A DNA stretch of 49,247 bases from Candidatus Asbonarchaeum danakilense (GCA_034190465.1 JAXINV010000018.1:1-49247); one strand, 5' to 3'. Counted from the first letter of the stretch, positions 1-10,801 are shown. Made by a program: numbers and translations. Notes: generated by a model from the sequence alone, not told the origin.

Positions 1-11
1 CCGGCAGGGAA

Positions 12-245
12 CGGGTGGCGAGAAGATCTCTGATCTTCGATCCGCTCGGACCCATTCTGTAAAGCGGACCCTTCCTTTAGCAATCACAGCACCGTTCGGT
101 GCTGTTCGAACCTGCTTCCTCGTGAAGCAGGTGAGGTCCATCAGGTTCCACTCTCGCTATCGCTCGAGTCCGGTTCGGTTCTTCTTTGCCTGCATGAACG
201 TTCCTGCTGGAACTGTCGCCTGCTTCCTGGCAACCGGTGGCGAAA
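12..245 (+). repeat. Hairpin-rich tRNA-3'-end repeat/anti-repeat region (parent tRNA probably just left of window)
   Basis: 36-54 TTCGATCCGCTCGGACCCA looks like a tRNA T-loop, T-stem and acceptor 3' strand. It is preceded by an anti-copy (12-21) and hairpin GAAGATC-TCT-GATCTTC (22-38). Further hairpins at 86-105 and 110-132. Shares motifs with the Leu and Pro arrays. Confidence 0.6.
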
Positions 246-288
246 CCCATTTAGGTCCCCGCCCGCAATGGGGCTGTGGTGACCGGCC

Positions 289-525
289 GTGCCTGAGGAC
301 GAGAACAAGCAGCGCCGCCTGCAGGTGTTCAAGGAGACGTTTGAAGAACTCCAGCAGAAGGTCGACAGGGTCGAAGGCGAACTTGAGGAGCTTGAGGAGT
401 CAGGCGACGCTGATAGGCAACCTGTCAAGCATCAGCAGGCCGTTGAAAAAGTAAGCGAGATCAACGAGCAGCTGGAGAAGCTTCAGCAAGCTATCAGGGA
501 GGTAGAGGAAGGTGACCGCAGGTGA
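289..525 (+). CDS. small acidic coiled-coil hypothetical protein
   Basis: 78 aa E/Q/K-rich heptad pattern, GTG start preceded by GGTGA, host-like codon usage. Confidence 0.7.
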   Translation: MPEDENKQRRLQVFKETFEELQQKVDRVEGELEELEESGDADRQPVKHQQAVEKVSEINEQLEKLQQAIREVEEGDRR

Positions 526-1150
526 CCGCCTGCAGCAGGGTACAGACCGTTTCCTCCGCCATCCTGAGTTCATCGTCCCCGCCGTTCTTGGCTCATTCTT
601 CAGCGGTCTGATCGGGTTCACCATCGAGCAGAGGGCAGCCCAGCTGTCCCTGGCGGGTCTGGCTGACATCGTCTTCCTTGGGACGATGGATACGATGCTG
701 TCAGTGTTCTTCACAGGGCTCCTCATCGCGTTGATCCTTGCCAGTCAGGAAGAGGGTGAACGGGGGCCGTGGACCGTGGCGTTTATCCGGTACCCTGCCC
801 TCGTCTTCGCATCAGTCCTCTACGCGGTCGCTGTCGGAATCGGTCTGCTCGCATTCATCGTGCCCGGCATCTACATCGGTGTCAGACTCGCGTTCTTCCC
901 GTTCCGCGTCGTTGCCGGTGAGTCCTCGTTCACCGCTCTCGGCCAGAGCTGGGACAGGGCGTCCGGTCACGTCCTGCAGACGGGTGTCGTCCTGTTCATC
1001 CTCTCTGGAATCGGGGCCGCGTCGTTCCTGTTCCTTGATCTGTTCCCTGAAGGCCTTGTCGAAGTGCTCGATATGGTTTACGTCTCGCTGTACCTGCCGT
1101 GGAGTACCTGTGTCCTCTACGCTGTGTACCGTGACATCTTCAACCGCTGA
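512..1150 (+). CDS. multi-pass membrane protein (PGIYIGVRL-type family)
   Basis: about 5 hydrophobic segments and a 'LLAFIVPGIYIGVRLAF...ALGQSW' motif typical of an uncharacterised membrane family. Confidence 0.75.
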   Translation: MTAGDRLQQGTDRFLRHPEFIVPAVLGSFFSGLIGFTIEQRAAQLSLAGLADIVFLGTMDTMLSVFFTGLLIALILASQEEGERGPWTVAFIRYPALVFASVLYAVAVGIGLLAFIVPGIYIGVRLAFFPFRVVAGESSFTALGQSWDRASGHVLQTGVVLFILSGIGAASFLFLDLFPEGLVEVLDMVYVSLYLPWSTCVLYAVYRDIFNR

Positions 1151-2523
1151 GTTCTCGTTCCTTCCATCGTCCAGGAGCTTTCAGACAGAGTCGGTAGCCG
1201 ATCCAGCCCAGCATGAACGAGCCCAGGACCATGACCCCTGACGCCCAGAGCGGGACAAGGCTGTAGACAAGCGACCAGATGAACAACGGGACGAACGCGA
1301 CACCCATCACCAGCGTGTAGGCGAGGAAGTACGTCCCGTTCAATAGCAGTCGATTCGGCTCCAGGCCGGTCAGGTAGGCGGTGGTGCCGAGCAGATACAG
1401 CATCAGCGGCAGCAGCACGACAGCACCGGTGACTCCTCCCTGGAAACCGTACATGTAGCCGATGAGCAACAGGTACAGGCCGATTATCGGTGTCGCGAGG
1501 AGGAAGTACGTGACGTACTTCGCATAGAACACGTTCTCGAATCCGACAGGGAACTTGAGGTAGTTGTCACCCTTGTCGAACCGGTTGATCCAGTTGTACA
1601 CCGACACCGATGCGATAGACAGGATCAGGGCGAACGAGAGTGCAGGTGCCGCCATGAAGCCCTGTGCGAAGAAGATCTGTTCCGCGAGGAAGACGAAGAC
1701 GGCCAGGATGACGCCGACGGAGAACACTAGCTTCAGCAGCCCGCCGCTGCTCCGCCGGATGTCCAGCAGGAACTTGGTGACCAGTCCTGTGTCATCGATC
1801 CGTTCCAGTCGTCGATGCAGGCCGCTGAACACCGCCCGGTACGTCCGCCGCATGTGCCGGAACCGTGGCTTGAACAGCATCAGCCCGACCATGATCATCA
1901 CCAGCGTCGGGGTGAAACCGAAGAACAGGTTGCTGAGGAACGGCTCATGGTAGAAACTGAGCGGGGTGAACGCTAGGATTCCGGACCGGAAGTACCAGAG
2001 CAGCAGACCCAACCCCGTCAGACCGGCAAGGAGGAACAGCTTACCGCGGTTGTACAGGCTGGCGAGCATGAAGCTAGCCCCGACACCGACAAGGAACATG
2101 CCGGAGACCGTGAACCACAGCAGTGCAAGATCGATACCAACCGAACCGCTGCTGTACACGGTAACAGGGACGATGCCGGCGATCAACGGGATGAGGAACA
2201 GGAAGGAGTAGTACAGCAGATCCTTCGCCAGGAACGTCGCCACCAGCCGGAACCGTGAGACCGGCAGCGTCCGCGAGGAGAAGATGAGCAGGTTGGACTC
2301 TCCGAGCAGGTTCTTGATTGCGTCCCGGCTGACGAAGCCGATTGCGCCGACGTTGAGTCCGAGGAAGAACGTCATGTAGTGGAGGCCGATCCTGACCTCG
2401 GCCAGCGCAAACCCTGAGGCGACAAGCGCCCAGTAGCCGGGGATGGAGAGCAACAGGATGATGAGCGGGAACAGCAGGAAGTTCCGTTTCCCGAAGAGCA
2501 GCGTGTGCATCCGCCACTCTTCC

Positions 2524-2549
<26 letters not shown>
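1140..2549 (-). CDS. ABC transporter permease (putative)
   Basis: 469 aa with about 12 TM helices, overlapping and downstream of the ABC ATPase. 'EEWRMH' N-terminus is seen in archaeal ABC-associated membrane proteins. Confidence 0.8.
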
Positions 2550-3252
<703 letters not shown>

Positions 3253-3295
3253 TGTCCTCTGCTTGCACCTTGTCGCTGCTGGTTGAAATATCCTA

Positions 3296-3877
3296 CTATC
3301 TCAGCATGATGAGGGCCGTCAGCACCGTGCCGACGACGAACCCGGCGACGACCTGTTTCCGGGTGTGGCAGTCGAGCGCCAGGCGTGAGACGGCGACGGG
3401 AACGGCAAGCGGGGTGGCGAGCAGTGCGACGTTCCCGTACGTGAAGTAAAGCGCTGTCAGGCACGCTCCCCAGGTCGTGGTGTGGACGCTGATCTTCCAT
3501 GACCGGTTGATGAACGCGACGATCAGGACCAGCACTGTCTGGACGATCCCGAGCTTCAGGAGCAGCCCGGGAGCGTTCAGGTACTCCAGCGCTGCCAGTC
3601 CGAGCAAAGAGGACGCCAGGCCGGTGAGGAACAAGGGGTGACGTTCCTCCCTTTCCCTTACCTCGATGTCGGAGATTTTCCCCTGCCAGAGGAGATAAAG
3701 CGTCACGAGCGCCGGCAGGACGGCGAACAGGGCGGTGAACACGCTGGCGTGGAACAGGGCCTGCGACCCGCCGACGGAGACAGCCATCAATGCTGCTGTG
3801 ACTGCTATCGTCGGTGGGAAGGAGGCGGCGAGGGAGATGATCTCCCAGTGCCGTCGTCGCAGCCCGAACGACGTCAT
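3296..3877 (-). CDS. PAP2-like membrane phosphatase family protein
   Basis: TM helices with KISVH and SRLALDCHT..QVVAG motifs of the PAP2 superfamily. Confidence 0.75.
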   Translation of the reverse strand: MTSFGLRRRHWEIISLAASFPPTIAVTAALMAVSVGGSQALFHASVFTALFAVLPALVTLYLLWQGKISDIEVREREERHPLFLTGLASSLLGLAALEYLNAPGLLLKLGIVQTVLVLIVAFINRSWKISVHTTTWGACLTALYFTYGNVALLATPLAVPVAVSRLALDCHTRKQVVAGFVVGTVLTALIMLR

Positions 3878-4374
3878 ATGAGGTACTTGCTTTCGTTCTG
3901 GTCCATGTCGATGAACTTGTTCGCCGTTTCCCGCAGTTCCTTGGCAGTCGACTTGCCGAACGACATGACCTCGACACGGACACCGCGTGCCTGGAGGTGT
4001 TTGACGAGCGAGGCGAAGTCGCCGTCACCGGTGACTAAGACCAGGGAGTCGAACTTCTGCGCCATCTTGATGGCGTCGATCGCCATGCCCATGTCCCAGT
4101 CGCCCTTTTTCTGCCCGCCGTGGAACTCCTTCAGTTCCTTGATGCGGACCTCGTACCCGATCTTGCGGAGGGCCTCGAAGAAGTTGTCCTCGTCGGGTGT
4201 GTCTGCCTTGATGACGTATGCAAGCGCCCGTGTCAGCTTCCTGCCTGCGACGGCACTCTTGAGAAGTCTGTCGAAGTTTACTTTAGTATCGTATAGATTC
4301 TTCGCGGAGTAGTACATGTTCTGTACGTCGACCTGTACAGCTACTCGCTGGTCTTTGTGTACGTTGCTTGGCAT
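3874..4374 (-). CDS. NYN domain (LabA/DUF88, PIN-like) protein
   Basis: VDVQNMY, KGDWDMGMAID and LVTGDGDF motifs. Start placed at the ATG at 4374. Confidence 0.92.
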   Translation of the reverse strand: MPSNVHKDQRVAVQVDVQNMYYSAKNLYDTKVNFDRLLKSAVAGRKLTRALAYVIKADTPDEDNFFEALRKIGYEVRIKELKEFHGGQKKGDWDMGMAIDAIKMAQKFDSLVLVTGDGDFASLVKHLQARGVRVEVMSFGKSTAKELRETANKFIDMDQNESKYLI

Positions 4375-4445
4375 CGTAGGTTCACGTCGTGCTGCCACAT
4401 TGAGTCTTAAAATGTTTTATATCGCCGGGATGCACAGTGGAGCAT

Positions 4446-4883
4446 ATGGCCAACAAATCGGGTGAATGGGACGCGGATCACGGCTACAGCTTCAACCCTG
4501 AGAAGGAACGGGTACCGCTCCCTTCCGACGACACGGCTGGCGGAGAGCCGATGGTCCGGGATACTGAACGTTCCTCGACGGACCGGGACATCGAGGAATC
4601 GGTCAGGGACGTGGAACTGATCGACCGGAAGGTCGACGCTATGCGGACGGAGCAGGGCGACGACCGCGATGAACGCGTCGACATCACGCGGAGTTCAGAA
4701 CGCCCGCAGCGCGGTGTTTCAAGCAGCGAGACGGAGAAAAACGAAGAATTCAGGCGTCGAAGGATTATCAACAGGGCCGTCCGGAAGGTGAAGTCTCATC
4801 TCAGGTCGAAAGGGTACGAGGATACCTTCATCGAGGACAACGAGGACTTGATACGGCGCAAGGTCCGGGATTTCCTGGCTTAA
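4446..4883 (+). CDS. hypothetical protein (acidic N-terminus, basic helical C-terminus)
   Basis: ORF with host codon usage downstream of TTTTATAT (4415-4422). Confidence 0.65.
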   Translation: MANKSGEWDADHGYSFNPEKERVPLPSDDTAGGEPMVRDTERSSTDRDIEESVRDVELIDRKVDAMRTEQGDDRDERVDITRSSERPQRGVSSSETEKNEEFRRRRIINRAVRKVKSHLRSKGYEDTFIEDNEDLIRRKVRDFLA

Positions 4884-5044
4884 CGCCGGACATAGGCCGT
4901 GTGGCCGCATTCCTGGCAGACCAGCTTGTGGATATCCTCGCCTTCGAGATGTTCGTTGTCCTCCTGCAGCCGTTCGAGCTTTTCAGGTTCGATCTCTTCT
5001 TCCTCGACCTCACCACCACAGATGGCGCATTCGTCGTCGGACAT
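4880..5044 (-). CDS. small zinc-ribbon protein
   Basis: CAIC...CQECGH double CxxC, 54 aa, TATA-like TTATAA about 25 nt upstream. Confidence 0.75.
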   Translation of the reverse strand: MSDDECAICGGEVEEEEIEPEKLERLQEDNEHLEGEDIHKLVCQECGHTAYVRR

Positions 5045-5220
5045 ATACCTACAGTTGCGCAGTTCCACTTCTTATAAGGTGTGGTATCCGCCGGCCGAAT
5101 GTACTTTCTGGATGCGCCGCACAGCGCTTCTCCTTCAGGAGAATGCTGTTCAAGCAGTGGCAGCGGAGCTGTCGATGTGCTGTTCCAACATATTTATGCC
5201 GGCCGGCGTAACAGCACCCC

Positions 5221-7038
5221 ATGGCGCTCTCATCCCTCCTAGCAGGCATAGATCCAGGCATGGCCGTGGTATCGGGTATCGTGCTGGTGGCACTGTTCCT
5301 GTTCTACACCGAGATCGTGCCGATCGACATCACCGCGATCGGTATTCTAGTCGCGCTCGTTGTCTTCCAGCGCTGGACAAGGGTGACCCCCGAGGACGCG
5401 CTGACGGGATTCGCGAGCAAGGCCACGATCACGATCATCGCGTTCTTCATCATCAGTGAGGGGGTCCGTGAGACCGGGCTGGTGCAGATGATCAGCAGGA
5501 AGATCGCGTCGTTCACCGGCAGCAGTGAGAAGAAACAGGTGTTCGCCGTCACCAGTATCTCGGGCACGTTCTCCGGGTTCATCAACAACGTTGCGGTCGT
5601 CGGCGTCATGATCCCCGTGGTCAACGACCTGGCGGAGAAGGCGGGTGTTTCGCCGTCGAAGCTGCTGATGCCGATGTCGTTCGTCGCAATCTCCGCCGGC
5701 CAGCTGACGTTGATCGCGTCGACCGACAACTTGGTGATCAGCGACATCTCCACACGGCTGCTCCAGCACCCGATCGGCATGTTCGAGCTAACGGCTGTCG
5801 GCTTCTCGATGATGGTCGTGGCGATCCTCTACTTTATAACGGTCGGCTACCGGCTGGTGCCGGACAAGGGAGAGAGCGGCAACAACCTGCTGCGGTTCGA
5901 CCTGAAGGACTATCTCACCGAACTGACGATCCCCGAAGGATCCTCGTTCGTCGGCAAGACAATCGAGGACGTGATGGAGGAACTGGAGGTCGAGCTGGAG
6001 GTGCTGCAGATCACGCGGAACGGCCAGCAGCATGTGCCGCGGCAGGCGCACCGGCTGCAGCCGGGCGACGTTCTCGAGGTCAAGACGGACCGGGAGAGTC
6101 TGATGAACGTCATCGACAGGAAGGACATCGACCTGGTTCCCGAGACGACGGAGGAACACGAAGAACTGGAGGAGAAAGAGCACGCCTACACGCTGGTCAG
6201 CGCGATGATCCCGCCGAACAGCTCGCTGGTCGACGAGACCCTGGGAGGTCTGAACTTCCGGCAGCACTACAATGCCAGCGTCCTCGCCATCAAGCGTGAG
6301 GCTGAGGTCATCAGGTCGAAGATGAAGGACGCCCGGCTCCGGGCGGGTGACGTCCTGCTGCTCCAGACCTCGGAGGAGAACCTCGATAATCTGGCGGAGA
6401 ACACCAACTTCGTGCTGGCCCACGGCTCGGAACGGATGTCGTACCGGTCGGAGAAGGCGCCGATCGCCGCCGGCATCGTCGCAGGGGTCATCGCCATCAC
6501 GGCGCTCGGCTACCTGCCCGTCGAGATCGCCGGGCTGGCAGGGGTGTTCGGCATGGTGCTCTCGGGCTGTATCGCGCCCCGCAAGATGTACGAGAGCGTT
6601 GACTGGAACATCATCTTCCTCATCTCCGGTGTCATCCCGCTCGGTATCGCGATGGCGAAGACAGGGATGGCTGACGCACTTGCTGGAGCACTCACAAGCG
6701 CGGGATCATCGCTCTCGCCTGTGGCTGTGCTAGTGTTAGTGTACCTTGCCTCACAGCTGACAACCTCGCTGATGAACGACAACGCGGCGATGGTCCTGCT
6801 GGCGCCGATCGCGATCGAGGTCGCCAGGAACATCGGCGCGGAGCCGTTCTCGTTCCTGATGGCGGTGCTGTTCGCCGGGGGGACGGCGGTCCTGACACCG
6901 ATGGGCTTCCAGACCAACCTGATGATCTTCGGACCGGGCGACTATTCGTTCAAGGACTTCCTGAAGGTCGGCCTGCCGCTGAACATCCTCCTCAGTATCG
7001 TGGTCCTCACCGGTATTGTGACTATCTGGGGTGTCTAG
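5221..7038 (+). CDS. SLC13/CitMHS-family anion permease with two TrkA-C domains
   Basis: SGFINN, PSKLLMP, TPMGFQTN and GPGDYSFKDF motifs, with a central soluble TrkA-C pair. Confidence 0.92.
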   Translation: MALSSLLAGIDPGMAVVSGIVLVALFLFYTEIVPIDITAIGILVALVVFQRWTRVTPEDALTGFASKATITIIAFFIISEGVRETGLVQMISRKIASFTGSSEKKQVFAVTSISGTFSGFINNVAVVGVMIPVVNDLAEKAGVSPSKLLMPMSFVAISAGQLTLIASTDNLVISDISTRLLQHPIGMFELTAVGFSMMVVAILYFITVGYRLVPDKGESGNNLLRFDLKDYLTELTIPEGSSFVGKTIEDVMEELEVELEVLQITRNGQQHVPRQAHRLQPGDVLEVKTDRESLMNVIDRKDIDLVPETTEEHEELEEKEHAYTLVSAMIPPNSSLVDETLGGLNFRQHYNASVLAIKREAEVIRSKMKDARLRAGDVLLLQTSEENLDNLAENTNFVLAHGSERMSYRSEKAPIAAGIVAGVIAITALGYLPVEIAGLAGVFGMVLSGCIAPRKMYESVDWNIIFLISGVIPLGIAMAKTGMADALAGALTSAGSSLSPVAVLVLVYLASQLTTSLMNDNAAMVLLAPIAIEVARNIGAEPFSFLMAVLFAGGTAVLTPMGFQTNLMIFGPGDYSFKDFLKVGLPLNILLSIVVLTGIVTIWGV

Positions 7039-7078
7039 GCCAAACGTTAAAACGGCCGGCTGCCAACCTGTTCCCGGC

Positions 7079-8269
7079 ATGAAACGGATCGAGGTGACCG
7101 TCCCGGCGGAGAACGAGGAAGAGGTCGAGGAGGTCATCACTGAGTTCGACGAGCCGGCGGTCTCGGAGATCGAGAAGGATGACCGCGAGTTCGTCAAGTT
7201 CGAGCTCTCCATCAATTCGGAGGAGATCGACGAGCTGACGGAACAGGTCAAGGCGCTCACCGACCTGGAGACCGGCGAGCTGACGATCAACGTCCTGGAG
7301 GAGACGGCGTTCATCGAGAAAGGCAAGCGCCGGGAGGGCGGTTCGCAGGCGCTGTCCGTCCAGGAGATGTACACAAAGGCGTTCGGGTTCTCAGAGTTCA
7401 ACAGGACGACCTGGGCGTTGATCGCGCTGGCGACCAGCATCGCTGTCTTCGGAGCGGTGACGCAGAACGTGATGGTTGTTATCGGAGCCATGGTTATCGC
7501 GCCCATGCTCGGCCCGTTCATGTCGGCGTCGTTCGGCCTGGTGATCGGCGATAGAAAGATCATCGAGCAGAGCGTGTTCTACGGCTCGATGAGCATCCTG
7601 TTCGCGATGGCGGTCAGTTTCCTGATCGGTCTGCCGATCCCGCTGGAACCGAACCCGCTGATCCGTCTGATCGCCAACCCGGGATTCACGACGGTCCCGC
7701 TGTCACTGGCGGTGGGAGCTGCCGCGGCCCTGACGTTCGCGACCGAGGCACGTGAAGCTCTTGCCGGTGTTGCCGTTGCGATCGCGCTTGTTCCGCCGTC
7801 AGCGATCGCTGGGTTGGCGCTTGCGATGAGCAACATGGATATACTGTTCGATGTCCTGCTGGTGATCGTCAGCAACGTCATGTCTCTCATCCTGGCGGGT
7901 TCGTTGACCTTCAAGCTGCTGGGAATCAAGCCCTCGACGTACTACCGGAAGAAGGTCTCCGAGACCAGTCTCCGCAGGGCGCTGATCATCTCGTCCGTCA
8001 CACTGGTCGTCATCGCTTCGTTCGTGGCGTACGTTTCCTGGCAGGAGCTTGACAGGAGCTACGCCCGGCAGGATATCGAGCGGGAGCTGCAGGAACAGTT
8101 CGGTGATCGGATCATCAGCCAGGAGGTGACTGTCGATCCTCGGTTGTCCTCGGTCACGCTGGTCGTCGTTTCCCCGAACGTGACGGAACAGCAGCTTGAA
8201 GGGCAGCTGGAACAGGTCGTCCGGTATCCGGTGGAGGCAAAGCTGATAGCTGTGGCGTCCCAGCCCTGA
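7079..8269 (+). CDS. TIGR00341/DUF389 family membrane protein
   Basis: VIGAMVIAPMLGP and LAGVAVAIALVPP motifs. Start at the ATG at 7079. Confidence 0.9.
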   Translation: MKRIEVTVPAENEEEVEEVITEFDEPAVSEIEKDDREFVKFELSINSEEIDELTEQVKALTDLETGELTINVLEETAFIEKGKRREGGSQALSVQEMYTKAFGFSEFNRTTWALIALATSIAVFGAVTQNVMVVIGAMVIAPMLGPFMSASFGLVIGDRKIIEQSVFYGSMSILFAMAVSFLIGLPIPLEPNPLIRLIANPGFTTVPLSLAVGAAAALTFATEAREALAGVAVAIALVPPSAIAGLALAMSNMDILFDVLLVIVSNVMSLILAGSLTFKLLGIKPSTYYRKKVSETSLRRALIISSVTLVVIASFVAYVSWQELDRSYARQDIERELQEQFGDRIISQEVTVDPRLSSVTLVVVSPNVTEQQLEGQLEQVVRYPVEAKLIAVASQP

Positions 8270-8308
8270 CCACCCATTCATAAAAAGACAGGGACCGGTG
8301 ATGGTACC

Positions 8309-8548
8309 ATGGTCGAGTTCGAGACGGTACGGAGCGATGAGGTCGAGTTCGGTGACGGTGAGTTCATCGAGGTCGCTGTGAAACGCGCTGTCTCCGGTGA
8401 AGGCGAGGATCAGTTCATCTCGCTGACCCGTGGCTATGTGAACGAGGAAGGAGATAAGCGGTACAAGAGCAATTTCTCAATCCCGCGTCAGGATGATGTC
8501 GTCACGTTCCTTGCCGAGAAGCTGCCGGACATGCTGGAGAATGAGTAA
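8309..8548 (+). CDS. small conserved protein, possible PC4/PUR-like nucleic-acid-binding fold
   Basis: 79 aa, beta-rich FIEVA...FISLTRGY...KRYKSNFSIP followed by a C-terminal helix. GGTGA Shine-Dalgarno. Confidence 0.6.
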   Translation: MVEFETVRSDEVEFGDGEFIEVAVKRAVSGEGEDQFISLTRGYVNEEGDKRYKSNFSIPRQDDVVTFLAEKLPDMLENE

Positions 8549-8565
8549 AAACCGTGCGGAGGGCG

Positions 8566-9738
8566 TTACTGCTGGTACTTGCCCTCCTTCCATCGCTCAC
8601 GGACCTGATCACGCTTCTTTTCCTTCGCCTCACGGCACTGTTCACGGAGCGCGTCGATGACCTCGTCGACGGTGTCTGGCAGGCTCCAGCCGTGCTTCTT
8701 TGTCATCGTGATGCCCAGTTCTGAGAACAGGCGGGCGTGGAGCGAGTACTTCTTCTGGTTCCCGCCGTCTTCATCGTACCGCTTGACATGGATGTTGAGC
8801 TCCCGCGGGGTCTCGACGACACGGCCAAGCTTGCCTTTCAGCGCGGTCTCGAGCTTCTCATGGATCTGCTGTTTCTCGCCCTCTTCCTTGACGTTGATTA
8901 GGTTGACGAGCACTGCTTCCTCCGCTTCCAGGCTTGCGGCGTAGTCCAGGATGTCCTTCAGCGTCAGGATCGCCTGAGGTCGGTCGTCGTTGTCTGTGAT
9001 GATCATCTCTCTGCATCCCCGGCTCCGCATCTTCCGGATGCCGTCGGTGATCGTGGTCTTGGGGTCGCCGATTGTGAGCGGATTCGGGTCCATCAGTTCG
9101 CGGCAAGGGATGTCCGACATCTCGTCCTTGTGCCCTTTCAGGTCACCTCGATCCATCTGCTGCTGCGGGACCATTGCCCGCATCGCGTCCTTGCTGGACA
9201 GGATGCCGGAAAGCTTGCCGTCGCTGTCGACGATAGGGAGCCGTGATATGTTGTGCTCCTGCATCTTCTTGACGGCTTTGTCGTGCTTGTCGGACTCCGT
9301 GAGGGTGACGAGGTCGTGGCTCATCAGGTCGCCGACGTTCATCTTACGGAACTCCTCGATCCCGTCCCCGAGCGGATAGACCATATCTTCCTCGCTGATG
9401 ACGGCCTTCAGCCGGTCACCGTCCGTGATGACGAACTTCTTGTCGCCGGAGTCCTTCCGCAGGCGGCCCAGTTCGACCATGTTCGCCTCGGGGTCCGCCT
9501 CCGCTGGTTGGTACATCACGGCCTCGGCGTCGATGTTCGTCGGGTCGTTATGGACGTTCCGCATCAGTTCGGTGTAGCTGACCATCCCCTTGAACCTCTT
9601 GCCGTCGACGACAGGAACCTCACGGAGGCCGTGTTCCTCCATGGTTGCCTTGATTTTGGAGAGAGGCTGTTCAGGGTCGACAGAAACGAAATCGGTGTCC
9701 GCGACGCTTTCTGCTGAGATCTCATTGAGGGATTTCAT
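8566..9738 (-). CDS. tandem CBS-domain protein with C-terminal HPF/RaiA-like domain (putative archaeal ribosome hibernation factor)
   Basis: Four CBS repeats (VPVVD, RLPIVDSDGKLSGILS). The C-terminal 'ELNIHVK...KYSLHARL...GWSLPDTVDEVIDALREQ' matches the HPF beta-alpha-beta-beta-beta-alpha pattern. Confidence 0.8.
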   Translation of the reverse strand: MKSLNEISAESVADTDFVSVDPEQPLSKIKATMEEHGLREVPVVDGKRFKGMVSYTELMRNVHNDPTNIDAEAVMYQPAEADPEANMVELGRLRKDSGDKKFVITDGDRLKAVISEEDMVYPLGDGIEEFRKMNVGDLMSHDLVTLTESDKHDKAVKKMQEHNISRLPIVDSDGKLSGILSSKDAMRAMVPQQQMDRGDLKGHKDEMSDIPCRELMDPNPLTIGDPKTTITDGIRKMRSRGCREMIITDNDDRPQAILTLKDILDYAASLEAEEAVLVNLINVKEEGEKQQIHEKLETALKGKLGRVVETPRELNIHVKRYDEDGGNQKKYSLHARLFSELGITMTKKHGWSLPDTVDEVIDALREQCREAKEKKRDQVRERWKEGKYQQ

Positions 9739-9855
9739 AGTGCCACCTGGCGGGACACTGCTGTTGCAGGTTCTGAAGCTTTTAAGCTTAAGCACGTGCT
9801 TGCCGGGCCAGCGGCGGACCTAACTCATTTATTCGTCGAGGGAAAAGGTGCGACT

Positions 9856-10737
9856 ATGCGTTGTGTTGCGCCCCCCGGCCTCGACACTGAGTTCTACGAT
9901 AAGCAGGTACAGGCCGTCATGCAGCAGCTGGAGGGGGAAGAAGGGCTGGAGTTCACGTTCCTCTTCATCCGTGGCCCCAACGACATCGACGGCATAGTGG
10001 ATCAGCTCGACCTGTCCGACGAGGACAGCAGGATCATGCAGGAGAAGCTGCAGGAGGAAGGATCGTCCAATTTCGCCCTAGCGGATGAGGACTTTCTGGT
10101 CATCGATGTGGACAGCCCGTTCCTCCGGGACAACGCGGCGGCGGTCCGGGGACTGATCGGCCATGAGCTGATGCACACGGTCCACCGCGACACGGAGCTG
10201 GAGGAGAGGATCCAGAAAGCAGCCCTGCAGCGTTCTGAACGGATAATAGAGGAGCTTGCTGACCGCGGCTACACGAAGGACGAGGCGCTCCGCTTCTTCC
10301 GGACCGTGGTCTCGACCGCGGTGCTGTGCCTCAAGGACCTGTTCGCCAACGCCGAGCTGATCGAGCAGGGGTTCGCCGCGGATCTGGAGGAGTACTACTA
10401 CGAGATGCTGGACGTCGACGACTACTGCCCGCTCCCCCGTTTCTACAGCGAGGAGGAGAAGCTCGAAGAGGTGGAGGAAGCGATCGCGTTCGAACTGCAG
10501 CTCATCCCGTCATGGCTCCCGTTCAAGGGACTGGATCGTGAGAAGGCCGAGGAAATCGAGGCCCGTATCGAGGAGTGCTACGAGCAGAACATCCCTGACG
10601 CCGCCTACGAGATGGAGCGCATCGAGGAGCTCTACGTAGAGGAGTTCAGCAAGGATGAGGCGTTCATCGACGAGTTCTTCCAGCAGGTCATCGAGTCGGC
10701 GCTCGCGGTCATCGACACCAAGCTGATGGAGGATTAA
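9856..10737 (+). CDS. HEXXH-containing acidic protein (DUF5781-like putative metallopeptidase)
   Basis: GLIGHELMH motif, then KDLFANAE, as in a haloarchaeal family. Confidence 0.7.
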   Translation: MRCVAPPGLDTEFYDKQVQAVMQQLEGEEGLEFTFLFIRGPNDIDGIVDQLDLSDEDSRIMQEKLQEEGSSNFALADEDFLVIDVDSPFLRDNAAAVRGLIGHELMHTVHRDTELEERIQKAALQRSERIIEELADRGYTKDEALRFFRTVVSTAVLCLKDLFANAELIEQGFAADLEEYYYEMLDVDDYCPLPRFYSEEEKLEEVEEAIAFELQLIPSWLPFKGLDREKAEEIEARIEECYEQNIPDAAYEMERIEELYVEEFSKDEAFIDEFFQQVIESALAVIDTKLMED

Positions 10738-10801
10738 CGAGCGTTTAACGAATCCTCCTTCTTTCAGCAGTGTTTAAAGCTTTACCTATTGCGTTTAACA
10801 C

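Noticed and set aside
10741-10799. GCGTTTAAC direct repeat (twice) in a short intergenic region
   Set aside because: It resembles the genome's ordinary TATA-like words and is too short to support an operator call.
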